Below are positions 20,719 to 30,077 of a stretch of DNA of 64,000 nt, piece by piece (the first letter of the stretch is position 1; each line of letters opens with the position of its first letter). A program made the position numbers and the translations under genes. Below the pieces are notes generated by a model, which searched no databases, was not told where the DNA came from, and saw only the letters and a list, made by a program, of their open reading frames with translations. The stretch is from Eubacteriales bacterium (lineage in GTDB: Bacteria > Bacillota > Clostridia > Peptostreptococcales > Anaerovoracaceae): contig JAQYMQ010000013.1 in the NCBI GenBank assembly GCA_028872475.1, positions 35,407 through 99,406 on the forward strand, read 5' to 3'.

Positions 20719-21246
20719 ATGAGAAATAAAAAGATATATGTTTTAATTATATTTCTTGTAGCCAGTGTTACATTAATCTATTTTTCGTTGTATTTAAATA
20801 AGCCTGTAAGTCAATCCACTCAAAAAAACGTTGAAAAAGTAAAAGTTAATGAGAATTCTAAAAAAGAAGAAAATAAAAACAGTAAAATTGAAGATAATGG
20901 AATAAATGAGAAAAAGTTAATTTTTTCAAATTTACCAGATAAAATAAAAGATAAGAGTGTTGCTACACAAAATGTATCTTCAAAATCTGCATCGTCAAAA
21001 AAAGAAAAGGTATGGGTAGAGCCTGTATATAAGACTGTTTATCATCCAACAGAAACACAAGAAATTACTAAGTTTAAATGTGAGTGTGGAGATATATTTG
21101 ATAGTATTGATTCATGGAAAAAACATAAGCCTAAGGATTGAGACGGAAAACATACACGGGCGTGGCCTGTGAAGGAGTCTAAGGTAGTAAAAAAAGCGTG
21201 GACAGAGAGAATTCTCGTAAAAGAGGGTTATTGGAAGGAACAATAA
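20719..21246 (+). CDS. Membrane-anchored zinc-finger-like protein B with in-frame TGA (21139-21141); candidate selenoprotein
   Basis: MRNKKIY plus TM; WVEPVY..YHP; C-x-C-x3-F-x5-W-x2-H-x4-[TGA]-DGKH; frame continues 34 codons (VVKKAWTERILVKEGYWKEQ). Confidence 0.78.
21155..21171 (+). promoter_or_regulatory. Candidate bacterial SECIS-like hairpin for gene B
   Basis: CACGGGC-GTG-GCCTGTG 7-bp stem; G-first loop starts 20 nt after the TGA. Confidence 0.6.
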
Positions 21247-21266
21247 CAAAAACTTAACTAATTTTT

Positions 21267-21331
21267 AAAAGGAATCTAAATTGTGATATATATCCGGAAT
21301 TTTTGGTAAATATTGCATTGGGTTCCTTTTT
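21267..21331 (+). terminator. Long-hairpin terminator of module 2
   Basis: AAAAGGAATCTAA...TTGGGTTCCTTTT, same base-stem sequence as the module 1 terminator. Confidence 0.7.
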
Positions 21332-21448
21332 GTATACATATACTATAAGGTGTTTTTAAACAGGCTTCATGTTATAATTGAAAAGGTGTTTTAATCATCA
21401 GGAGCTTTTTAGACACTTAAATTTTAGATTAATCTTGGGAGGGATAAG

Positions 21449-22639
21449 ATGAAAATATCAAATAGAGTTGATGCAATGCAGTATTCACCAATTAGAAAGT
21501 TTAATCCAATTGCTCAGGCAGCAAAGGATGCCGGCAAGAGAGTTTATCATTTAAATATTGGTCAGCCGGATGTTGAGACTCCATCAGTATTTATGGATGC
21601 TATAAAAAATTATGAAAATAAAGTGATTGCTTATGCAGAATCAGGTGGAGTTACTGACTTGCAGGATGCAGTTATTGAATATTTTGAAAAATACGGAGCT
21701 AAATATGACAGAGGTGATATTATTGTTACCGCTGGTGGCTCAGAAGCGCTTACAATGATTTTCTTGGCACTATTGAATGAAGGCGATGAAGTTTTAATGG
21801 CAGAGCCTTATTATACAAACTATAGTACATTTGCACAGTCGGCAGGAGCTAGTGTTGTGCCTATTACTACTACGGCAGAAGAAGGTTATCATTATGCTAA
21901 TAGAGATAAGATTGAAGCTTCTATTACGCCAAATACAAAGGCTATTGCGTGTGTGAGTCCCGGCAATCCTACCGGTGTTGTTCTTTCAAGAGAAGAGATG
22001 AAACTAATTTGTGAAATTGCTAAAGAACACGATTTATGGATAATTGCGGATGAAGTTTACAGAGAATTTGCTTATGATGATAGAGAAGTGACAACTTTTG
22101 CTATGATGGAAGAGTATGCTGATAGAATTATTATCGTGGATTCTGTATCTAAGAGATTTTCAGCTTGTGGAGCTAGAATTGGTCTTTTAGTATCAAAGAG
22201 TAAATTATTGATGGATAGCGTGATGAAGATTGCGCAGGGTAGGCTTTGTGTGTCAACTGTTGATCAGATTGGTGCAGCAGCGCTATTTAGACTTCCTGAA
22301 TCGTATTATGAAGAAATAAAGGCTGAATATTGTGGAAGAAGAGATGTTGCATATGAGGAACTTATGAAGATTCCGGGAGTAGTGTGTCAGAAACCGGGCG
22401 GAGCTTTTTATATGACTGCTAAATTACCGGTTGATAGTGTTGAAAACTTCTTGATGTTCTTATTAGAAGAGTTTGAAGATAATGGTGAAACTGTTATGTT
22501 TGCTCCGGCAGAAGGATTTTATGCAACTCCAGGTCTAGGTAAGGATGAAATGAGAATTGCTTATGTACTAAATCAAGTTGATATGAGAAGAGCAGTTGAG
22601 CTAATTAGGTTAGGAATTGAGGCATATAATAAGAGATAA
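21449..22639 (+). CDS. PLP-dependent class I/II aminotransferase (aspartate aminotransferase-like)
   Basis: LNIGQPD, SPGNPTG, IADEVYREF, DSVSKRFSACGARIG (PLP Lys). Confidence 0.93.
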   Translation: MKISNRVDAMQYSPIRKFNPIAQAAKDAGKRVYHLNIGQPDVETPSVFMDAIKNYENKVIAYAESGGVTDLQDAVIEYFEKYGAKYDRGDIIVTAGGSEALTMIFLALLNEGDEVLMAEPYYTNYSTFAQSAGASVVPITTTAEEGYHYANRDKIEASITPNTKAIACVSPGNPTGVVLSREEMKLICEIAKEHDLWIIADEVYREFAYDDREVTTFAMMEEYADRIIIVDSVSKRFSACGARIGLLVSKSKLLMDSVMKIAQGRLCVSTVDQIGAAALFRLPESYYEEIKAEYCGRRDVAYEELMKIPGVVCQKPGGAFYMTAKLPVDSVENFLMFLLEEFEDNGETVMFAPAEGFYATPGLGKDEMRIAYVLNQVDMRRAVELIRLGIEAYNKR

Positions 22640-22691
22640 AGCTAAATTTGTTATATAAGATATAAATTTTAGTTATGCAAAACGAAAGAAT

Positions 22692-22720
22692 GAAGGGTGC
22701 GATGGTGCCTTTCTTTTTTT
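22692..22720 (+). terminator. Intrinsic terminator after the aminotransferase
   Basis: GAAGGGTGC-GATG-GTGCCTTTC plus T7. Confidence 0.75.
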
Positions 22721-22742
22721 GTGAAATTATTGTTTTATATGC

Positions 22743-22770
22743 TTGACATAAGTAGTGAAAGTGGTATACT
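22743..22770 (+). promoter_or_regulatory. Sigma-A promoter of the hrcA-grpE-dnaK-dnaJ operon
   Basis: TTGACA-16 nt-TATACT with extended -10 TG. Confidence 0.85.
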
Positions 22771-22781
22771 GATATCAAGCG

Positions 22782-22808
22782 TTAGCACTCGATTTGCGTG
22801 AGTGCTAA
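22782..22808 (+). promoter_or_regulatory. CIRCE element (HrcA operator)
   Basis: Exact TTAGCACTC-N9-GAGTGCTAA upstream of hrcA. Confidence 0.98.
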
Positions 22809-22835
22809 TAAAGCAAAGACAAGAAAGGAGGAGTT

Positions 22836-23933
22836 ATGGAATTAAGTGAAAGGAAATTAAAGATTCTTCAAGCTATTATTGGAGATTTCGTTTCTACTGC
22901 AGAACCTGTAGGTTCAAGGACTCTTTCTAAAAGATATGATTTGGGTGTAAGTCCTGCAACTATAAGAAATGAGATGGCTGATCTTGAGGATATGGGCTTA
23001 TTGATTCACGCACATACATCGTCTGGAAGAATGCCTACCCATAAGGCATATAGATTATATGTTGATGAGATTATGAGAAAGAAGGACCTTACTCAATCTC
23101 AAAAAAAGGTTATTACTAATAAGCTTTATAAGAATTTTAAAGAGCTTGATAAGACGATAGAGCAGGCTGCAAAGATTTTATCGGAGATTACGAATTTGAC
23201 TTCGTTTGCAGTTACCCCTACTTCTAAAAATGACAAGCTTCAGTATATAAATATTGTACCTATTGATGAATCGACAGTTATCCTTATGATTGTTGCTGAT
23301 TCCGGAAAGGTGTCAAATACTACACTTAAACTTAAGTGTGATGTAGACGATGAAACATTGAGGATTCTTTCTCAGTCGATGTCATACAATTATAAGGGCA
23401 AGACGCTTACAGAAGCGTTGCAACTAGACATTGTTAAGACTCTGCAAACAGATATAGAGGCTCTAGGTAAGATATGTAGCGACATTATGCCATCATTTAT
23501 CCATACTCTTGAGGATATGTTAAGCGTTAATATGTATATGAATGGTATTACAAATATATTTCAAATACCTGAATATAGAGATATTACAAAGGCGCAAAAT
23601 TTTATGGAAGTTCTTCATAGAAAGGATGAGTTTGTAAATAGTATCGTAGATAGAGGAGACGGAATAATTATTACTATAGGTTCTGAGAATGACGATGCAA
23701 TGCTTAAAGATTATAGTTTAGTTACGGCAACCTATCATATTAATGGAGAGCTTGTTGGAAAACTAGGCGTAATAGGACCTACAAGAATGAACTATGGAGA
23801 AGTTACAGCGGTCGTTGAATATTTAACTGAAAACTTATCCAATTCATTTAAAGTTGATGGTGATAATCAACATGAAGATGAGTTATCAGAAAAACATATA
23901 AAAACTGAGAAAATAAAGGGCGATGAAGCTTGA
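22836..23933 (+). CDS. hrcA: Heat-inducible transcription repressor HrcA
   Basis: EPVGSRTL...SPATIRNEMADLE...HTSSGRMPT...GVIGPTRMNY; CIRCE upstream. Confidence 0.98.
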   Translation: MELSERKLKILQAIIGDFVSTAEPVGSRTLSKRYDLGVSPATIRNEMADLEDMGLLIHAHTSSGRMPTHKAYRLYVDEIMRKKDLTQSQKKVITNKLYKNFKELDKTIEQAAKILSEITNLTSFAVTPTSKNDKLQYINIVPIDESTVILMIVADSGKVSNTTLKLKCDVDDETLRILSQSMSYNYKGKTLTEALQLDIVKTLQTDIEALGKICSDIMPSFIHTLEDMLSVNMYMNGITNIFQIPEYRDITKAQNFMEVLHRKDEFVNSIVDRGDGIIITIGSENDDAMLKDYSLVTATYHINGELVGKLGVIGPTRMNYGEVTAVVEYLTENLSNSFKVDGDNQHEDELSEKHIKTEKIKGDEA

Positions 23934-23970
23934 TAAGGGTTTGGTTGATATGTTAGAAAGGATTGATTAA

Positions 23971-24582
23971 ATGACAGATATTAATAAGGAAAATCAGGCA
24001 TCTTCCGTAGAAGGTGAAGCTGAAGGAATAAAAACTGAAGATATATCGTCACAGAATGATAATGAAAATGTAGAAGCTGATGCGAGACAGTGCGATAATG
24101 TCGATGAATCAGTTAAAGAGGAAAGTAAAACTCAAGAAGAGTCTAGTAAAGAAGATAAGGACGATGAAGATTTAAATACAAAGTATATGAGACTTATGGC
24201 AGACTTCCAAAATTTTAAAAGAAGAACGGAAAAGCAAAAGTCGGATATATATGCTTATGCAAATGAGGGGATAACTCAAAAACTCATTGAGGTTGTAGAT
24301 AACTTTGAAAGAGCACTTGTTGTTGAACCAGAAACAGAACATGAAAAGGCGTTTAAAGACGGTATGGAATTGGTGCTTAAGAGCTTACTAGATGCGATGG
24401 AGTCTATAGGTGTTGCAGAGATTGAAGCATATGATAAAGTGTTTGATCCAAATATTCATAGCGCAGTTATGATGCAAGATAGCGAAGAAGTTGTTAGTGG
24501 AAATGTTTGTGAAGTTCTACAAAAGGGCTATACACTTAACGGTAAGGTTGTAAGACCAAGTATGGTAAAAGTGGCTAATTAG
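23971..24582 (+). CDS. grpE: Nucleotide exchange factor GrpE
   Basis: RLMADFQNFKRR...FDPNIHSAV...QKGYTLNGKVVRPSMVKV. Confidence 0.98.
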   Translation: MTDINKENQASSVEGEAEGIKTEDISSQNDNENVEADARQCDNVDESVKEESKTQEESSKEDKDDEDLNTKYMRLMADFQNFKRRTEKQKSDIYAYANEGITQKLIEVVDNFERALVVEPETEHEKAFKDGMELVLKSLLDAMESIGVAEIEAYDKVFDPNIHSAVMMQDSEEVVSGNVCEVLQKGYTLNGKVVRPSMVKVAN

Positions 24583-24745
24583 TATTTAGACATATCAAAC
24601 TAATATAATATTTATCTAAATATTTAAGATAGTAAAATAAATGGGAAAATTTTACATAGCAAACTATTATTTTATTGAATGCGAAAAACGCATATAAATA
24701 TATAAATAAATAAAATTTGAATAGAAATAAAAGGAGAAAATTAAA

Positions 24746-26620
24746 ATGGCAAAGATTATAGGAATTGACTTAGGTACTACAAATTCATGTGTTTCAGTAC
24801 TTGAAGGGGGAGAACCTACAGTAATAACAAATGCAGAAGGAAACAGAACTACACCGTCTGTTGTTGCGTTTGCAAAAAATGGTGAAAGATTAGTTGGAGA
24901 AACTGCTAAGAGACAGGCGGTTACAAATCCAGACAGAACAATTGCGTCTGTAAAAAGACATATGGGTGAAGATTTTAAGGTAACTATTGACGGTAAGGAT
25001 TATACTCCACAAGATATTTCTGCAATGATTTTGAACAAGTTAAAGAATGATGCAGAAAGTTACTTAGGCGAAAAGGTTACAGAAGCTGTAATTACTGTTC
25101 CTGCGTACTTTACAGATGCTCAGAAACAGGCTACTAAGGATGCTGGTAAGATTGCAGGATTAGAAGTAAAGAGAATTATCAACGAGCCAACTGCTGCAGC
25201 GCTTGCTTATGGTTTAGATAAGGATGCCGGACATCACAAGATTTTAGTATATGACTTAGGTGGCGGTACATTTGACGTATCTATCCTAGAACTTGGCGAT
25301 GGAGTATTTGAAGTACTTGCTACATCAGGTAATAATAAGCTAGGTGGAGATGACTTTGATGAAGCTTTACTTAAGTTTATGGTTGAAACTTTTGCTAAAG
25401 AAAACGGTGTTGACTTAAAGCAGGATCCAATGTCATTACAGAGACTTAAGGAAGCTGCTGAAAAGGCTAAGAAGGAACTTTCTTCTTCTCAGACAACAAA
25501 TGTAAATCTACCATTTATCACAGTTAGCGAAGCTGGTCCGTTACATATGAATATGGATATTACTAGAGCTAAGTTTGAACAGCTAACATCACATTTAGTA
25601 GATGCTACTATTGAGCCAATGAAGAAGGCTATGGCAGATGCTGGGGTTACAAGTTCAGACTTAGATAAGATTGTATTAGTTGGTGGTTCTACAAGAATTC
25701 CTGCAGTACAAGAAGCTGTAAAGAGAATTACAGGTAAGGATCCGTTCAAGGGTGTTAACCCTGATGAATGCGTAGCTGTTGGTGCTTCAATTCAGGCAGG
25801 CGTACTTACAGGTGAAGTAAATGACGTATTGTTGTTAGACGTTACACCACTTTCTCTATCAATTGAGACTTTAGGTGGAGTTGCAACTAAGCTAATCGAA
25901 AGAAATACAACTATCCCTACAAAGAAGAGTCAGGTGTTCTCAACAGCTGCAGATAATCAGTCAGCAGTAGATATTCACGTAATGCAGGGTGAAAGAGAAA
26001 TGGCTTCAGGAAATATTACTTTAGGAAGATTCCAACTAACAGGTATTCCTGCTGCTCCAAGAGGAGTTCCACAGATTGAAGTTACTTTCGATATTGACGC
26101 TAACGGTATCGTAAATGTAAGTGCTAAAGATTTAGGCACAGGAAAAGAACAGAGCATAACAATTACATCTTCTACTAACCTTTCTGATGACGAAATCGAA
26201 GCTAAGATTAAGGAAGCTGAGAAGTTTGAAGAAGAAGATAAGAAGAAGAAAGAAGAAGTTGAATTAAGAAATCAGGCTGAAACTATGATTTATGAAACTG
26301 AAAAGAACCTTAAGGAACTTGAAGGTAAGTTAAGTGCTGATGAAATTAAAGAAATCAATGATGCTAAGGATGAGCTACAGTCTAAATTAAATAACGGTAC
26401 AGTTGAAGATATTAAGGCTGCTAAGGATAAGTTAACTGAGCATTTCCACAAGATGTCTACTAAACTTTATGAGCAGGCACAGGCTGCTGCAGGTACAGGA
26501 CAAGCAGGACCGGATATGAGTGGTATGAACGGCGGTATGGGCGCAGAACAACCAACTGGACAGGCTGCTAATGACAATGTAGTTGATGCTGACTTCGAGG
26601 TTGTAGAAGACGACAAATAA
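24746..26620 (+). CDS. dnaK: Chaperone DnaK (Hsp70)
   Basis: [36 protein letters not shown]. Confidence 0.99.
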   Translation: MAKIIGIDLGTTNSCVSVLEGGEPTVITNAEGNRTTPSVVAFAKNGERLVGETAKRQAVTNPDRTIASVKRHMGEDFKVTIDGKDYTPQDISAMILNKLKNDAESYLGEKVTEAVITVPAYFTDAQKQATKDAGKIAGLEVKRIINEPTAAALAYGLDKDAGHHKILVYDLGGGTFDVSILELGDGVFEVLATSGNNKLGGDDFDEALLKFMVETFAKENGVDLKQDPMSLQRLKEAAEKAKKELSSSQTTNVNLPFITVSEAGPLHMNMDITRAKFEQLTSHLVDATIEPMKKAMADAGVTSSDLDKIVLVGGSTRIPAVQEAVKRITGKDPFKGVNPDECVAVGASIQAGVLTGEVNDVLLLDVTPLSLSIETLGGVATKLIERNTTIPTKKSQVFSTAADNQSAVDIHVMQGEREMASGNITLGRFQLTGIPAAPRGVPQIEVTFDIDANGIVNVSAKDLGTGKEQSITITSSTNLSDDEIEAKIKEAEKFEEEDKKKKEEVELRNQAETMIYETEKNLKELEGKLSADEIKEINDAKDELQSKLNNGTVEDIKAAKDKLTEHFHKMSTKLYEQAQAAAGTGQAGPDMSGMNGGMGAEQPTGQAANDNVVDADFEVVEDDK

Positions 26621-26640
26621 AGCGGATAAGAGGATATAAG

Positions 26641-27780
26641 ATGTCAGAAAAGAGAGATTTTTATGAGGTGCTGGGTTTACAAAAGGGTGCTTCTGATGAT
26701 GAAATAAAAAGAGCCTTTAGAAAGATGGCTATGAAGTATCATCCGGACAGAAATCCAGATGATAAAGAAGCCGAAGAAAAATTTAAAGAGGTTAATGAAG
26801 CCTACGGTATCCTTAGTGACGCTGAGAAGAAACAGAGATATGACCAGTTTGGCCACGCCGGTGTTGATCCTAACGCCGGCTTCGGCGGTGGTGCCGGATT
26901 TAGCGGATTTGGTGGTTTTGAAGATATTTTTGATATGTTCGGTGGCGGTTTTGGAGATATGTTTGGCGGTGGTCGAGCAAGAAAAAATGGACCAACTAGA
27001 GGAAATGATCTTCAAAAAGCAGTGACAATATCGTTTAATGAGGCCGCTTTTGGTGTGAAAAAAGACATCAAGATGACTAAGAATGTAGTTTGTAAGTCTT
27101 GTAACGGTTCGGGCGCTAAAGACGGTACAGCAAGTAAAACTTGTCCAAACTGTGGTGGAAGCGGAATGGTTGCAACTACGCAGAGAACTCCGTTTGGAGC
27201 AATTCAGAGGCAGACACCTTGTCCGGAATGTCACGGTACAGGCACAATTATTGAAACACCTTGCCCTGATTGTAATGGTAAGGGGCATAATAGAAAGAGT
27301 GTAACTATTTCTGTAAATATTCCTGCAGGCGTAGACAATGGTACGATTATTACACTTAGAGGTCAGGGTGAGCCTGGTAAAAACGGCGGTCCTCCGGGAG
27401 ATTTGTATGTAATTATTGATGTTACTCCACATAAACTTTATAGAAGATCAGGTCAGGATTTACAGATTGAAGTTCCTATTACATTTGAACAGGCAAGCTT
27501 GGGCGATGAATTGGAAATTCCAACTTTAGATGGCAAGGTGAGATATAAGATTCCTGCCGGAACTCAGAGTGGAACTAGCTTTAGGTTAAAGGGCAATGGT
27601 ATTGTCAATACTAGAGGAACTAGAAAAGGCGATTTATATGTAAAAGTAATTGTGGAAATTCCAACTAAGCTAAATAATAAGCAGAAAAAGGCAATTACTG
27701 AAATGGCTAAGGTTGTGAATATGGATTGCTATTCAAATAAAAAGTCATTCAAAGATATAATTAAAGATATTTTTAAATAA
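26641..27780 (+). CDS. dnaJ: Chaperone DnaJ
   Basis: J-domain HPD, G/F-rich region, four CxxCxGxG repeats. Confidence 0.99.
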   Translation: MSEKRDFYEVLGLQKGASDDEIKRAFRKMAMKYHPDRNPDDKEAEEKFKEVNEAYGILSDAEKKQRYDQFGHAGVDPNAGFGGGAGFSGFGGFEDIFDMFGGGFGDMFGGGRARKNGPTRGNDLQKAVTISFNEAAFGVKKDIKMTKNVVCKSCNGSGAKDGTASKTCPNCGGSGMVATTQRTPFGAIQRQTPCPECHGTGTIIETPCPDCNGKGHNRKSVTISVNIPAGVDNGTIITLRGQGEPGKNGGPPGDLYVIIDVTPHKLYRRSGQDLQIEVPITFEQASLGDELEIPTLDGKVRYKIPAGTQSGTSFRLKGNGIVNTRGTRKGDLYVKVIVEIPTKLNNKQKKAITEMAKVVNMDCYSNKKSFKDIIKDIFK

Positions 27781-27881
27781 GTAATATTCGGTTTAGTATT
27801 GTATCTGTGGAGTTAATTAAATAAAACAATGAAATAATTATATCGATATATACATATTAATTATTGATTACATGTAAAGTT

Positions 27882-27915
27882 AAGGCTATGAAATATTTTT
27901 TCGTAGTCTTTTTTT
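27882..27915 (+). terminator. Intrinsic terminator after dnaJ
   Basis: AAGGCTATGAAA...TTTCGTAGTCTT plus T-run. Confidence 0.7.
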
Positions 27916-28035
27916 GTGCCTAATATTTTTTATTGTTATTGTATAAGTTTCTCGTATAAGAAGTTTTATATAAGACATAAATTTCGAATAAGCATAAGTA
28001 TAAACTAACTTTGATAAAAATTTTTATCAAATATA

Positions 28036-28081
28036 TTGACTATGAAATATAACTAGTGTACTATGTAGCTAGTACACTAGT
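28036..28081 (+). promoter_or_regulatory. Promoter with overlapping GntR/YtrA-type operator
   Basis: TTGACT-17-TACTAT; perfect inverted repeat ACTAGTGTACTA-N6-TAGTACACTAGT (28052-28081) over the -10. Confidence 0.8.
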
Positions 28082-28192
28082 GCAGATGCATAAATAAATT
28101 ATTATGTGTTTAGCTGTGTAGCTGGAAATAAAACAAGAGATTATTTGATTTAAAGGATGATGAATTAGTTCAGTAAAGAAGGAGGTTTGCAT

Positions 28193-28549
28193 ATGGAATT
28201 TCATGGAGATGTGCCTATATATCTTCAAATAGTGAATAACATAAAAGCCAATATAACCTCAGGTAAGTGGGAACTTGGCATGAGAATGCCTTCGCAGAGG
28301 GATTATGCTAAGGAGATGAAGGTTAATCCAAATACAATAAGTAAGGTTTATCAAGAATTGGAGAGACTTGAAATTGTAGAAACCCTTAGAGGTGTTGGAA
28401 CATTTATCGTTAATGATGAAGCTTTTATTGCAAGGTTAAAGTTTGAAGAGCTAGAAAAGATGGTTGTTGATATTGCCACTGAAGTTAAACAAAAAGGGTA
28501 CGATATAGAGAAATTTATGGAAGCGCTTAGAGAGGAGTTGGAAAAGTAA
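28193..28549 (+). CDS. GntR family (YtrA subfamily) transcriptional regulator
   Basis: PIYLQIV...GMRMPSQRDYAKEMKVNPNTISKVYQELER...RGVGTFI; ATG 28193 after AGGAGG. Confidence 0.93.
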   Translation: MEFHGDVPIYLQIVNNIKANITSGKWELGMRMPSQRDYAKEMKVNPNTISKVYQELERLEIVETLRGVGTFIVNDEAFIARLKFEELEKMVVDIATEVKQKGYDIEKFMEALREELEK

Positions 28550-28550
28550 A

Positions 28551-29252
28551 ATGGATATTTTAGAAGTAAATAATTTAACAATGAGATACAAAAATCACTT
28601 AGCTTTAAGTAATGTATCTTTTTCATTGCAAAAGGGTAAGATATTAGGTGTTATTGGACCAAATGGCTGTGGTAAGACAACGTTATTAAAGATCATTGCC
28701 AATTTAATAAAGGTATATTCTGGTGAGGTATACATAGATGGAACTGAGCCAAGTGTTGAAACTAGAAACGATATTGCTTTTATGCCGGATGTAAATATTT
28801 TGAGAAAAAATATGAAGGTTACGCAAGCGGTTGATTTCTTTGATACTTTTTTTGAAGATTTTGATTCTAAAAAAGCCTATGAATTATTGGAGTTTATGGA
28901 TATTAATCCAGCGAAGAAAATAGAAGAACTTTCTAAGGGTATGACTGAAAAGATGAACTTGTCATTAGTTTTAGCAAGAAATGCAAAAATTTACGTTATT
29001 GATGAGCCACTTGGTGGTGTCGATGCGATTGCAAGAGATAAAATTTTGGAAGCTATTATTGATTATGCCGGTGGAGAAAAAACTATGATAATTACAACCC
29101 AGCTTGTCAGGGATATTGAATCAATCTTTGATGAAGTATTATTTTTAAGCAATGGTGAGGTTTTATTAAAAGAAGCTTGCGATGATTTAAGAGACAAATA
29201 TAAAGATAGCATTGAGGGTGTGTACAAGCAGATTTACGGAGGAAGGAGATAA
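28551..29252 (+). CDS. ABC transporter ATP-binding protein (YtrB-like)
   Basis: GPNGCGKTT, LSKGM signature variant, VIDEPLGGVD. Confidence 0.93.
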   Translation: MDILEVNNLTMRYKNHLALSNVSFSLQKGKILGVIGPNGCGKTTLLKIIANLIKVYSGEVYIDGTEPSVETRNDIAFMPDVNILRKNMKVTQAVDFFDTFFEDFDSKKAYELLEFMDINPAKKIEELSKGMTEKMNLSLVLARNAKIYVIDEPLGGVDAIARDKILEAIIDYAGGEKTMIITTQLVRDIESIFDEVLFLSNGEVLLKEACDDLRDKYKDSIEGVYKQIYGGRR

Positions 29253-29256
29253 AAAG

Positions 29257-30060
29257 ATGTTAAAATATTTTAAATTTGAATTTAAGAGCACATTTAAACC
29301 TTTCTTAATAATATTTATTGCTATGAATGTTGTTCTGCTTACATTACAAACTTTATTGCTAAGACCAGTTTGGAGTTATGGCATGTCAGGTGGATTTTTT
29401 AATACAGTGCTAATATTTAGCTTGATATTATCTGTAACTGTTACAGGAATCATGTTTATTGCGTATGTTGTAAATATTTACAAAAATGAACTTTATCGAG
29501 ATAGTGGATATATGACATTTTTACTTCCGTTAAAAGGAAGAAGTATTCTTACTGCAAAGCTATTGGTTGCCTTTATATGGTCGTCATTGATGGTTATTGT
29601 TTGTGGTTTCTTAAACTTAGGCTATATGTCAATTTTAGGGATGAGCATCAATTATAATCCGGATGTTCTTATCTACGGTTTTACGAATGCGTTTGGATTT
29701 ATTCTAGCCTTAATAATCGAAGCTGCAATTATGGGGTTTACATTGATTTCATTGATGTATCTGGCTATAACTATTGCGAGAATGTTATCAAAGAGTAGAG
29801 CTTCGGTGTTAATCGCTGTTGTGGTATTTGTTGTCAGTGTGGCTATATATCTAACTGTATTGGTTTATCTATGGGATGCAAGTCGTAGTGTATTTGTATT
29901 TAGTGATTTTGCGTTTTCTTCATTAAGAGAAATGCTTAATGAACGTAGCCTCGAAGCTTTGAAGTTCTTTGTATCAATACCAATGGTTTTTACTGCTTTG
30001 GCAAATGTTGGAATAGTATATTTTACGGGATATTTACTTGATAAGAGTGTAAATTTATAG
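29257..30060 (+). CDS. ABC-2 type permease
   Basis: About 6 TM segments; Y..ELY.DSGYMTFLLPL motif; follows the ATPase. Confidence 0.85.
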   Translation: MLKYFKFEFKSTFKPFLIIFIAMNVVLLTLQTLLLRPVWSYGMSGGFFNTVLIFSLILSVTVTGIMFIAYVVNIYKNELYRDSGYMTFLLPLKGRSILTAKLLVAFIWSSLMVIVCGFLNLGYMSILGMSINYNPDVLIYGFTNAFGFILALIIEAAIMGFTLISLMYLAITIARMLSKSRASVLIAVVVFVVSVAIYLTVLVYLWDASRSVFVFSDFAFSSLREMLNERSLEALKFFVSIPMVFTALANVGIVYFTGYLLDKSVNL

Positions 30061-30077
30061 TAGAGGGAGGATTGGTG

